Of a DNA stretch of 64,000 nt, positions 29,937 through 41,782 are shown piece after piece (the first letter of the stretch is position 1; every line of letters starts with the position of its first letter). This DNA is from an uncultured Candidatus Rokubacteria bacterium. GTDB taxonomy: Bacteria; Methylomirabilota; Methylomirabilia; Rokubacteriales; CSP1-6. Under the pieces are notes generated by a model. The model searched no databases. It had not been told where the DNA came from and saw nothing but the letters and a program-made list of their open reading frames with translations. The translations under genes were made by a program, and so were the position numbers. The stretch is taken from assembly GCA_963762145.1 (NCBI GenBank), contig CAVXJS010000011.1, forward strand, positions 32,001 to 96,000. The letters are read 5' to 3'.

Positions 29937-30830
29937 ATGCCGTCGAGCATCGATAGGGCAGCGTTCCGCTGGTACTCGCACTCCTACAATCGGCCGAATT
30001 TTTATCGGCTCGCGGCGGCGTTGGGCTGGGTGCCACGCCGGTGGCGGCTTGCACTCGCACGGCGTATCGGGCGTCTCGCCCCGTCGCTCATGCCAACCGA
30101 ACGGGCCGCAATCGAGAAGGCCATGATGCGCTTCACCGGGGTCACCGGATCCCAGCTGGACACGCTCACCGTCCGCGTGTTCACTGATTTCGCCATGTGT
30201 TTCAGTGACTTGGTCTCGACAAACCGACAGCTCGCGGCGGTTCGCACCTTCCCGGTCGACAACGTGGAGGGCGTCGAACGGCTGGCCAGCCTGTCGGGGG
30301 GACTCATCTCGCTGACTGCGCACGTGGGCAACTGGGAGCTGGCCGGGCGGCTCCTCGCCGGAAGGAGTGCCCGGCCGACGCACGTGGTCGTCACTCCAGA
30401 CGAGGCGCGGGAGCTGCAACGCTGGGTGCGGCGGGATGGCGAAGGGGTGCGCTTCGTCTCGCGCTCGCGTCCCACCGTGTCGCTGGAACTGCTCGCCGCA
30501 CTCCGACGCGGCGAGGTGGTGGGTGTGCAAGGGGACCGGGCGCTCGGTACCAAGGGAGACGTTGAGATTCCCTTCTTTGGGCGCCCGGCACGGTTCCCGC
30601 TCGGGCCGTTCCTGCTGTCCAGCCGGGTCGGGGTCCCACTCTTGCCGGCCTTCTGCGTCCTGGACGCGCAGTATCGGTACAGGGTTAAAATAGCCGAGCC
30701 GTTCATCGCCGTGCGCGGCGAGGAGGAAGCCGCCGCGCGCACCTGGGTGGCGGCCCTCGAGGCCATCGTGCGGGAGTACCCGACTCAGTGGTTCAATTTC
30801 TTTGACATCTGGGCGCCGTTCGACCAGTAG
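29937..30830 (+). CDS. Lipid A lauroyl/lysophospholipid acyltransferase-family protein
   Basis: TAHVGNWE (HxxxxE), QGDR, PFFG..A.FP.GPF and YPTQWFNF. Confidence 0.88.
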   Translation: MPSSIDRAAFRWYSHSYNRPNFYRLAAALGWVPRRWRLALARRIGRLAPSLMPTERAAIEKAMMRFTGVTGSQLDTLTVRVFTDFAMCFSDLVSTNRQLAAVRTFPVDNVEGVERLASLSGGLISLTAHVGNWELAGRLLAGRSARPTHVVVTPDEARELQRWVRRDGEGVRFVSRSRPTVSLELLAALRRGEVVGVQGDRALGTKGDVEIPFFGRPARFPLGPFLLSSRVGVPLLPAFCVLDAQYRYRVKIAEPFIAVRGEEEAAARTWVAALEAIVREYPTQWFNFFDIWAPFDQ

Positions 30831-30857
30831 GACCACTTTCGGTTCAGGGGAGATGGG

Positions 30858-31133
30858 GTGGAGATCGACAAGGTGCTCGAGGAGCTCAAGGACCTCATGG
30901 TAGAGCGGCTCAAGTTCGAGCCGGGCCGCCTCCCAGAGCTGTCCCTGGCCACCGTGCTACCCAAGGACATAGAGGGATCGCTCGGGCTTGATTCGCTCGA
31001 CTTCATCGAGCTGTCGATTGGCATCGAGGAGCGCTTCGGGTTCGTAATCGACGAGTCGCAAGAGCTCGAGGCACACTTTCAGTCGTTAGGTACGTTGGTC
31101 GAGTACATCAAATCGCGCATGGCCGACCGCTGA
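30858..31133 (+). CDS. Acyl carrier protein
   Basis: LGLDSLDFIEL phosphopantetheine motif, IEERFG; 91 aa and acidic. Confidence 0.9.
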   Translation: MEIDKVLEELKDLMVERLKFEPGRLPELSLATVLPKDIEGSLGLDSLDFIELSIGIEERFGFVIDESQELEAHFQSLGTLVEYIKSRMADR

Positions 31134-31135
31134 CC

Positions 31136-32362
31136 ATGGATGAGGTCGGGGCCACGCAAGCAATCAGTGGCATAGGACAAGCCAAAGCCGACGCGGACGC
31201 CGCGTTGCTCCGGGAGATGCTCCCTCCGTATCTCCTGCCGGTTATCAACCGCTCGTTCCTCCGGTCGCACAATCTATACGACGAGTTCGTCTGCCGCTTG
31301 GTTCTCAAGGTCATCCGCGAGATGGGGCTTGAATCGGCGATCCGGGAGGGGGGCAGCGCAGAGGTGATCGCCGCGCGGGAGAGACTCGACGTCGGCCAAG
31401 CTGTCGTGCCACTCGACTGGATGCTGCGGCTATTGGCCGCGCATGGGGTACTGGAGCATCTCCCCGGCGGGTCGGCGCATGAGTTCCGTGCGCGTGGTCC
31501 CTTGCCTACGGCAGATCCTGCCGCCGTGCGCGATGTGCAGCTTCAACACGATCCGTCGTGGCTGCCTTCCTATGTCCTCGCGGAAACGGTCGCCCAGGAC
31601 TATCCCGCGTTTCTGCGGGGAGACGTCGTCGGTGAGGAGGTGTTGTTCTCGCCGCGCCGGCTTCGGCTCTGGGTCGACTTCTTTTCGAACCAGAACGGCT
31701 TGTACGCCGTGAACAACCGGATTGGAGCGGCGGCCGTCGAGCAGTGGCTCCCTCTGGACGGTGGGGTGCTTGTTGAGCTCGGCGGAGGGTTAGGTAGCGG
31801 TGCCATCGCAGTGCTGGAGCGCCTGGGGGTGGCGGGCCGGCTTGGAGCGATCCAAGAGTATCGGTTCACCGAGCTCGTACCCGCGTTCCTGCGGCGCGGC
31901 GAGCAGGCGTTGCGGGCGCGTCGGCCTGAAAGCGTGCCCATCAGATTCGACATCCTCGATATGAATCGCCCCTTCGAGGCGCAGGGTATCGCACCGTCCA
32001 GCGTCACCGCGGTCTATGCGGTGAACACACTCCACGTGGCAGAGGATCTTGATTTCACGCTGGGCCAGATCCTGCGCACGCTCCGTCCAGGCGGCTGGTT
32101 GATCGTATCCGAGTGCGTACGGCCGTACCCGCGCCAGACCATCTATGCCGAGTTCATTTTCAATCTGATCCGGACATTTCGATCTCCGCGCCTGCACCCG
32201 GTCTACCGCCCGAATGGTGGATTTCTCACCCCCGACCAGTGGAAGGGGGCGATCGAGTCCGCTGGGTTCGCGGACACGCGGTTCGTCCCGGATCTCATGC
32301 AGATCCGCCAGAAGGTTCCCGATTTCTTGGCCGGCGCGATCGGAGCGATCCGCCCGAACTGA
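31136..32362 (+). CDS. Stand-alone SAM-dependent methyltransferase resembling PKS C-methyltransferase domains
   Basis: LRGD..GEEVLF, VELGGGLGSG, YRFTE, LDMNRPFEAQG, AVNTLHVA and LRPGGWLIVSE. Confidence 0.8.
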   Translation: MDEVGATQAISGIGQAKADADAALLREMLPPYLLPVINRSFLRSHNLYDEFVCRLVLKVIREMGLESAIREGGSAEVIAARERLDVGQAVVPLDWMLRLLAAHGVLEHLPGGSAHEFRARGPLPTADPAAVRDVQLQHDPSWLPSYVLAETVAQDYPAFLRGDVVGEEVLFSPRRLRLWVDFFSNQNGLYAVNNRIGAAAVEQWLPLDGGVLVELGGGLGSGAIAVLERLGVAGRLGAIQEYRFTELVPAFLRRGEQALRARRPESVPIRFDILDMNRPFEAQGIAPSSVTAVYAVNTLHVAEDLDFTLGQILRTLRPGGWLIVSECVRPYPRQTIYAEFIFNLIRTFRSPRLHPVYRPNGGFLTPDQWKGAIESAGFADTRFVPDLMQIRQKVPDFLAGAIGAIRPN

Positions 32363-32430
32363 GCTCGGAAATCGGGGATGCTCTGCGGTCGGCTCGTGGG
32401 GCGGCCGGCCGGCGCCGCCGCGCCGCGGCT

Positions 32431-34727
<2,297 letters not shown>

Positions 34728-34731
<4 letters not shown>

Positions 34732-36770
34732 GGCTGCCCCGCGGCCGGCAGCGAGGCGGTGAAGCTGACCTCGCCGCGGCCCTGTTTGGCTTCGAGCCGG
34801 CCTCCCTGGCTCTCGAAGATCCGCTGGCTCACGCTTGGTCCCACGTCGATGAGATTCTCCTGCACGACCTGGATCGGATCGAAGATCGCCTGCAGCTCCT
34901 CGGCCCGCACCTCCGTGGTACGGGAGGCCACCGTGAGGCGCACGCGTTCGTCGCTCGGCAGATGGGAGATCGATACCGAGATCTTGGCCTCGGGCGCAGG
35001 CGTCTTGCGCAGGAGGTACCAGACCAGGTAGGACAGGGCCTTCTTGAACATCGCGTGATCACCGCGGACCAGCAAGGGCGAGCCCTCGTGGGACAGGGTC
35101 GCGGTGACGTGCTTCTGGGTGGACTCGTCGGTGAAGGTGAGGAGGCGCGCCTGCCCCTCGCCGTCGGGAAGGGCCTGCGCGCCCAGCTCGGCCAGGCACT
35201 CTTCCGCCACTTGCCGCAAGTCGAGCGTCTCGCGCTTGTAGTCGCCGTCGTTCACGAGGGCGGCGAGCTTGTCGAAGATCTGCACGAGCCGGCGCACGTC
35301 CCGGCCGACCACCGACGAGAACTGGTTGCGGAACGTCGCGTCGTCGTAGCGCTCGCCGATCAGCTCCATGAAGGCGTTGATGGAGACGAGCGGGTTCTTG
35401 ATCTCGTCCGCGATACGGGCCACCACCTGGGTGAGGAGCTGGAGCTGCTCGGCGCCGCGCCGCTCCTGGGCGAGCAGGCGCTGGGCGGTCAGATCCTCGA
35501 ACATCAGCACCGCCCCCATCGGCTCGGGGCTATCGCCCATCACCGGGTAGGTCGAGACCTCCAGCGGCAGATTGCGGAGAGCGAGCTGCACCTCGACCCG
35601 CGTCACCGAGCGTCCTCGGGACAGGGCCTCGAAGAGCATGTCGCCGAGCGGGGAGGGCAGCACGCGCAGGTCGCGATTCAGCGCTTCGCGCGCCGGCAGC
35701 GCGAGGATCTCCGACGCGCGGCTATTGATCCCGACGACCTTCTGGTCGGTGTCGATGGTGATGACGCCACTCGACATGCGCGCGAGGATCCGCTCGGTGA
35801 AATCCTTCTCGTACTGGAGCAGGTGATGCACCCGGATGTCGCGGATGGCGGTGGCCAGGTGAGCGCCGATGTTGAACAAGGTCTCGGTCTCGTCGCGCCG
35901 GTACCCGCCGCCGGTGATCCGCTGGCCCAAGGAGAGAATGCCCACCAGCTCCCCGTGCGAGCTGAGCGGAATCGCCACTACCGATTGCAGGACGGCCAGC
36001 TCGCGGGCGATCTCGCGAGTTTCAGGATCCGTGGCGCGGCTCTGAGCCTCTTCGATCTGGATGAGTCGACCCTCGGTGGCCAGCCACCGAGGCAGGCCGC
36101 CGTCCGCGCTCAGGGCGAGCGACTCCACGACGTGAGGCGCGAGGGCGCGATACGCGGCGACGCGGTAGAGGCGAGTGACGGGATCCGCGAGCAGGATCGC
36201 GCAGCGGCTCGGACGCGCCAGCTCCGCGACCCCGTCGAGGAACTGGTCCAGCACGCGCGGCAGATCGAAGCCGGCCGCGAGGGCCTTCGCGAACTCCTTC
36301 GCCATCTGGGTGAGCGCGTGCGAGGACGCGGGCGGGGCCGGCACCGCGGCGTCGTGCGCGCTCTCCGCGACCGGGCGCCGCGTCGACCGCAGGGCGGCCA
36401 CTTCCTGCAGCAGGCGGAGCTTGTCCTCGGCCTGCTTGAGCAGGGCCTGCAAGTGCCGGGTCGTGAACGGCTGGAGTAGCACGAAGTCGGCCGCCTCCGC
36501 CGCGCTCTCGTCCTCGGAGCTCGTGGAGCTCGGATTGAGTACGCACACGATGACCCCGGTGGGGCATAGGTGCCGCGCCCGCGTGATGAACGGGGCGAGA
36601 TGTTTGAGAGGTGGCGTGGCCTCCTTGATGATCAGCTCCATCTCGGTGAGGCGCAGGGTTCGCAGCGCCTCGTCATCCGAGGTGGCGGTGAAGACGGAGC
36701 TGTCCTCCAAGGCCCGAAGCAGCTTGGGGCGGAGCGACTCGCTCGCCGAGACCAGGAGGACGGTCTTCAC
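34728..36770 (-). CDS. Pseudo-histidine kinase REC*-GAF-PAS-HisKA*-HATPase*
   Basis: Degenerate receiver; GAF (VAIPLSSHGELVGILSLG); PAS (SGVITID); H-box IADEIKNPL; N, G1 and G2 boxes missing. Confidence 0.82.
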
Positions 36771-39271
36771 GGCGTGGCGTGCGCGGGCCGGCCCGAGGGG
36801 ACGGGGAACTCGACGGTGAACGTGCAGCCGGGCCGCCCGACGTTGTTCCGGGCGTGGATTCGCGCGCGGTGGGCGTCGGCGATGCTCCGGCAGATGGCGA
36901 GGCCCAGCCCCGTGCCCTGGGGCTTAGTGGTCACGAAGGGGTCGAAGATGGTCCCGAGGAGGTGGTCGGGGATGCCGGGACCGGTGTCCGCGACCTCGAC
37001 GAGCAGCGTGCTACCGCCTCCCTCGGAGAGGTCGGCTACACGTACGGTCAACTCGCCGCCGGGTTCCATTGCTTGGATGGCATTTAAGCACAGGTTCAGA
37101 AAAAGCTGCTGCAACTGTGAGGCATTGCCGAGCACCGGCCGTCGCGTCTGCTCGCCGACCCGCCGGAGCTGAATCTTGCGGTCGACGAGCTCGGCGTGGA
37201 GGGTCTCCAGGGTGTCGCGCAGCGGGTCCGAGACGTCGACCATCTCCATGGGATGCTGGGAGGCCCGCGACATCGTGCGGAACCGGCTCAGCAGATCGTC
37301 GATGCGCCCGATCTCCCGGCCGGCCGACCGGGAGAACATCTCGCGGAACTCCTCGTTCGCGCCGCGTGTGGGCAGGAGCTGCGCGTAGGTCTTGATCCCG
37401 ACGAGGGGATTGCGGATCTCGTGGATCAGGCCCGACGCGATCGCCTCGATCGAGGCCAGGCGCTCCGCCCGCCGCTTCTCCTGCTCCAGCTCCTTGAGCC
37501 GCGACATGTCGGCGAGCACCGCGACCGCACCCAGCGGCGCCCCGTCCGGCCCGCGCAGCGGCGACGTGGAGCACATGAGCGGCACCATCTGGCCCGCCGC
37601 GTCGGGTAGCGAGAACTCGATCTGGGACCGCGGCTCGCCATCGAGTGCGGTGGCGTGGAGCGCGCCGCCGAGCGGATTGGGCAGGCATTCGGGTGACTGG
37701 CCGCGCGCCACCTGGGCCGCCGTCCCGGTGAGCTGCTCGGCCGCCCGATTGAACAGGGTGATACGCCCGCGCGGCCCCACGGCCACGACCCCACTCTCGA
37801 TGGTCTCGAGGACCTTCCGCATCTCCTCGTTGACCTGGACCACGCGCGCGTGAGTCTGCGCGTTCCGCACCGCGACCGCTGCCTGGTTGGCGAGCGTTGT
37901 GAGCAAGTCGGCATCATTACTGAAATATGGATCGCCCGACCGCTTGGGGCCGAGGACGAGGAAGCCTATTAGTTCGTTCTCCTCGACGATCGGTCCGACT
38001 ACCTCTGCCCGGAGCTCATCCAACTCTCGAAGTAAGTGGTCGGTGTCGGTTGCTCGTGTAGAAACGATCTCGTCCCGAAAGACAAGCAGACGATTCTTGT
38101 CTAAAGTCAGTATCAAGGCTGAAGTTATCGGCAAAGCTGCTCCGAGACTTCCTGAGTAGAGGTTCCACTCCAACCTAAACTCATGATCTTCATGGTCGAG
38201 CAAGTATATGGACATCCCGTCTGGACGCAGCGTCGATGCTAGAGCGCGCCCTACGTGACCAAGAATTGCCTGCAGGTCTATCGTCGCGGTAAGCGCGCGA
38301 CTTGCTTCCCGGACTGTACGTGGATAGTCATACGGTTCCCGGTACAGGTAGAGGTCCAGTAAATGCTGGACCCGAGACTTTACGGATTGAAACGCCAAGG
38401 CAACGATCAGAGACAGTGCGATGTCGCGGAGCGAGAATCCGTGCTCGAGAGGCAGCAGGAAATTTGAGCTGAACAGGAGAGCGACGAAGAGTGCGGCGCT
38501 GCTAAGGAACGTGACGAGATAGACCACGCCTCGTCTGATGACCACGCGAATGTCCATGAATCGGTGCCGAATTATCGCGTGAGCAACCATCGCGATCATG
38601 ATCAGCGAAAATACTGGACCGAGCCCATTATAGGCTGATGTTCCAGCTACCAGAGGCACGAAGACATTCGTGGTTGTTGCCAATACTCCCGGAACGATGA
38701 ACGCGACAAACAAGTAGCCGGCTTGGGTCTTCTGAAACCCAGTGAGACGCTTGTACTGTCGAGCTAGCGTCGAGGCGGCAAGGGCAAAGCAAACGATCGT
38801 GTAACTCGCAAAGAGCGGATGCAAGAAACCATAGATAGGTCGCATCCCATACGCTTCGCGCGTGACTCCGCTGACCATCCAAGGTGAGAACGAGAGCGCC
38901 GACAGGCCGATCGCAACAGCGGCCAGTAGACGAAGCCGCCGCCTTTGGACAGTCTCTGGTGCTCCGAAGTGCACTACGAAGAGAAGGACGCCGAAAGGAC
39001 AGAGACTTCCTGCCCCGAAGGCGGCCCGGATGGCGAGTTCGAAGGAATCTGGCTGGAACCGTCCCCAGGACAATGCCATCGTCCACAAACCAATCGTCAG
39101 GGCAGTGAACGCGAATGCGCGGTTTAGTGACACGGATGGATTTCGACGATAAACATACAGACCAATGCCAACATTTAGGATGGCAATCCAGGCGAGCAAC
39201 AACGCGGCAATCGGCACCTGGCTCAGTTCAGTCGTCTCCTTGCATTGCTCGGGGCGCCGTTGGGCCGACAA
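36767..39271 (-). CDS. Membrane sensor histidine kinase (HisKA_7TM-like multi-TM, GAF, PAS); exact start uncertain
   Basis: YRRNP...NRAF TM region, HAIIRHRFMDI, YDY, LGPKRSGDPY, HEIRNPL, NLCLNAIQAM, DTGPGI and GTGLGL. Confidence 0.9.
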   Translation of the reverse strand: MSAQRRPEQCKETTELSQVPIAALLLAWIAILNVGIGLYVYRRNPSVSLNRAFAFTALTIGLWTMALSWGRFQPDSFELAIRAAFGAGSLCPFGVLLFVVHFGAPETVQRRRLRLLAAVAIGLSALSFSPWMVSGVTREAYGMRPIYGFLHPLFASYTIVCFALAASTLARQYKRLTGFQKTQAGYLFVAFIVPGVLATTTNVFVPLVAGTSAYNGLGPVFSLIMIAMVAHAIIRHRFMDIRVVIRRGVVYLVTFLSSAALFVALLFSSNFLLPLEHGFSLRDIALSLIVALAFQSVKSRVQHLLDLYLYREPYDYPRTVREASRALTATIDLQAILGHVGRALASTLRPDGMSIYLLDHEDHEFRLEWNLYSGSLGAALPITSALILTLDKNRLLVFRDEIVSTRATDTDHLLRELDELRAEVVGPIVEENELIGFLVLGPKRSGDPYFSNDADLLTTLANQAAVAVRNAQTHARVVQVNEEMRKVLETIESGVVAVGPRGRITLFNRAAEQLTGTAAQVARGQSPECLPNPLGGALHATALDGEPRSQIEFSLPDAAGQMVPLMCSTSPLRGPDGAPLGAVAVLADMSRLKELEQEKRRAERLASIEAIASGLIHEIRNPLVGIKTYAQLLPTRGANEEFREMFSRSAGREIGRIDDLLSRFRTMSRASQHPMEMVDVSDPLRDTLETLHAELVDRKIQLRRVGEQTRRPVLGNASQLQQLFLNLCLNAIQAMEPGGELTVRVADLSEGGGSTLLVEVADTGPGIPDHLLGTIFDPFVTTKPQGTGLGLAICRSIADAHRARIHARNNVGRPGCTFTVEFPVPSGRPAHATP

Positions 39272-39286
39272 TCCACGCGAGTGAGC

Positions 39287-41782
39287 CTAGCTGCGAAGTG
39301 CTGTCTTCTGTAGTAACTCAGCAGCCGCAGTAGGTACGGGTAGTTCTACGATCATCGTAGTACCCCGGCCAGTCAGGTTGCGCTCGACACGAATGGTTCC
39401 GCGATGCGCGTCTGTAATGCCACGGCAGATGGTCAACCCGAGGCCCGAGCCACGAGACTTAGTGGTAAAGAACGGATCGAAGATGTTGGCGGCAACTGCA
39501 TCGGATATCCCCGGTCCGGTGTCAGAGACATCGACAACAATCAGTGGCATGCCTTGCGAGTGCCGTCGTGTGATCCTAACGGTCAGTGCACCATCGGTGC
39601 CCATAGCTTCAATTGCATTGAGAAACAAGTTGAGGAAGAGTTGCTTGAGCTGACTTTCCTCGATGCTCACAAACGGTGCTGGGTCCTCGAACTCGCGCAC
39701 AACTGCCGTGCGGGTTTGCTCCAATTGACCTCTCAACAATGTCAGAGTGTCGTTGATCGGATCCCGGAGATCGACGGCGCCAACCTGCTGAGGTGCCGTT
39801 GTGGCAAGGCCTCGCAATCGAGCGACGAGATCGTCGATGCGGGAGATCTCTTTAATTACAACCTTGGAAAAGTCTTCCCGAAATTCGACGTCACCGAATC
39901 GCTCCGGAAGCAGCTCAGCAAAGGTGCGTATGGCGACGAGAGGATTCTTGATCTCGTGTGCAATGCCCGCCGCAAGGGCTCCGAAAGAAGCTAGGCGCTC
40001 GGCACGCTGCTTCTCCCGTTCGAGGTCCTTGAGCCGGGTCAGGTCAGTGAAGACTATGAGCGCCCCGTGTGTTGTTCCGTCCTTGTCTTGGAGCTTAGTT
40101 GTTGAGTACACGAGGGGCAGACCCGATCCATCACGTTGATGTAGAACCGTCTCGAGTTGGGAATGGGCGGACCCTTCGAGGAGAGTGCTCCGAAGCGGCC
40201 CAGCCAGCGGTGTGGGTAGGTCGTTGTAGGAGAGACCGGCGGACGATGAAAACCGCATATTGGTTAGCCGGTCCGCCGCGGGATTAAACAGGGAGATGTG
40301 TCCGGTGGCGTCTACCGCGATTACGCCGCTTTCCATAGTCGAGAGGATGTTATCGACGTATTCATTGGCTACGACAACTTGACTGTAGAGGTGGGCGTTC
40401 TTCACTGCGACGGCAGCCTGACTGGCCAATGTTGAGAGGAGGTCGATGTCGCGGGAGTAAAACGGGTCGCCGGAGCGTTTTTCGCCAATGATGATGAAGC
40501 CGGCCAGCACTTCATCCTGAAATAGAGGGAATAGAATCTCGCCGCCAACACGCTCCAACATGTTGGCGGCGTCAGATAGCAGGGCGTGATCAGTGTCGAG
40601 TACATCATCTCGGGTGAGGGTGCGCTTGTGGATGCTCAGATAGGAAGGCAGTGCCGAAGCGTAGGGGATGGGGGCAATGGAATAACCGGCTGGTCGTTGA
40701 TCAGATGTAGCAATCTCCGGCGCGGAGAAGGCGCGGAGAGCGTCGTTTCGAAGGTAGATTTGAACAAGTTCGACTTTAAACGTCCTGCGGACGGTGTCAG
40801 CGAGGTAGCCGAGAAGCGACTGTAGATCGAGCATGGTGCTCAAGCGAAGCGTAGTCTCGCGAAGTGTTCGCTGGTAGTCGTACGTATGCCGATACACGTA
40901 TCTGTTTAGCGTCGCCTGCAGCCAGTCCTTTAGGGGCCCGAAGAATACGGAGACCGCTATAGCGAGCAGCAGTGCTTCAAGGATCGGAATCGTTGTTCTT
41001 TGGAATCCGGTTACGTGATGTAGCGCTTCAACGAGAGCGAAGAACGTCGATGCGGTTACTACGATGGCCCCCACATAGACGACACCATTGCGAATCACCA
41101 ACTGGATGTCCAGGAGACGGTGTCGAATGATTGCGTGTGCAATGATCGCAATCATTAACATCCCGAAGAGCGGCCCATAGGGACTGAATCGCGACGTCTC
41201 GAAGACGAGCGGAATGAGGAGATTGGTGACGGTCGCTCCGAGAGCGGCAATCAAGACGGCAGCGAACAGGTAGCGAACCTGAAGTTTCTCCAGGCCGGTC
41301 AGAGATCGGAGTTTCCGGACGAGAATAAAGAGACTTGTTCCGAAGCAACAAATGAGATACACCGCGAACGGCAAATGGAGTGGTCCGTGGAGTACCTGAA
41401 GAGTGCCGTCCTTCGATGCAGTATTGCGGACCATCAAAGACGTGAACGAGACGATGAACGAGATGGCCGCTACTATCGAGAACAAGTTCAGAAGGCGCCG
41501 AGAGGCATGCGGCTGGAAGGTTGGAAAGACATCAGCGAACCGTAGGAAGGTTATCGGAATAAGCGAGGCGGAGGCGAACGCGAGTCGGGCCCAGACGGTC
41601 CCTGAGTCGTATCCAGCGTACGATGACACGAGGCCGTTACTGAGCGTCCAAGCAGCGACAGCAAGAGAGAAGAAGGCGAAATGCCGATTGATTGCCTTAA
41701 GTGGATTCTTCAGATAGACGAAGAGGCCAAGCCCGAAGTTGGCGATGGCAGCTATGACAATAAATGTGAGGCGGCCCGTCAT
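39287..41782 (-). CDS. Membrane sensor histidine kinase, paralogue of the 36767-39271 kinase
   Basis: YLKNP...NRHF, HAIIRHRLLDI, YDY, GEKRSGDPF, IAHEIKNPL, NLFLNAIEAM, DTGPGI and GSGLGL; ATG overlaps the ketosynthase stop (ATGA). Confidence 0.9.
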   Translation of the reverse strand: MTGRLTFIVIAAIANFGLGLFVYLKNPLKAINRHFAFFSLAVAAWTLSNGLVSSYAGYDSGTVWARLAFASASLIPITFLRFADVFPTFQPHASRRLLNLFSIVAAISFIVSFTSLMVRNTASKDGTLQVLHGPLHLPFAVYLICCFGTSLFILVRKLRSLTGLEKLQVRYLFAAVLIAALGATVTNLLIPLVFETSRFSPYGPLFGMLMIAIIAHAIIRHRLLDIQLVIRNGVVYVGAIVVTASTFFALVEALHHVTGFQRTTIPILEALLLAIAVSVFFGPLKDWLQATLNRYVYRHTYDYQRTLRETTLRLSTMLDLQSLLGYLADTVRRTFKVELVQIYLRNDALRAFSAPEIATSDQRPAGYSIAPIPYASALPSYLSIHKRTLTRDDVLDTDHALLSDAANMLERVGGEILFPLFQDEVLAGFIIIGEKRSGDPFYSRDIDLLSTLASQAAVAVKNAHLYSQVVVANEYVDNILSTMESGVIAVDATGHISLFNPAADRLTNMRFSSSAGLSYNDLPTPLAGPLRSTLLEGSAHSQLETVLHQRDGSGLPLVYSTTKLQDKDGTTHGALIVFTDLTRLKDLEREKQRAERLASFGALAAGIAHEIKNPLVAIRTFAELLPERFGDVEFREDFSKVVIKEISRIDDLVARLRGLATTAPQQVGAVDLRDPINDTLTLLRGQLEQTRTAVVREFEDPAPFVSIEESQLKQLFLNLFLNAIEAMGTDGALTVRITRRHSQGMPLIVVDVSDTGPGISDAVAANIFDPFFTTKSRGSGLGLTICRGITDAHRGTIRVERNLTGRGTTMIVELPVPTAAAELLQKTALRS

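Noticed and set aside
36767-41782. PEP-CTERM PrsK/PrsR system
   Set aside because: The architecture is similar, but no sigma54 PrsR, PrsT, exosortase or PEP-CTERM protein is in the window.
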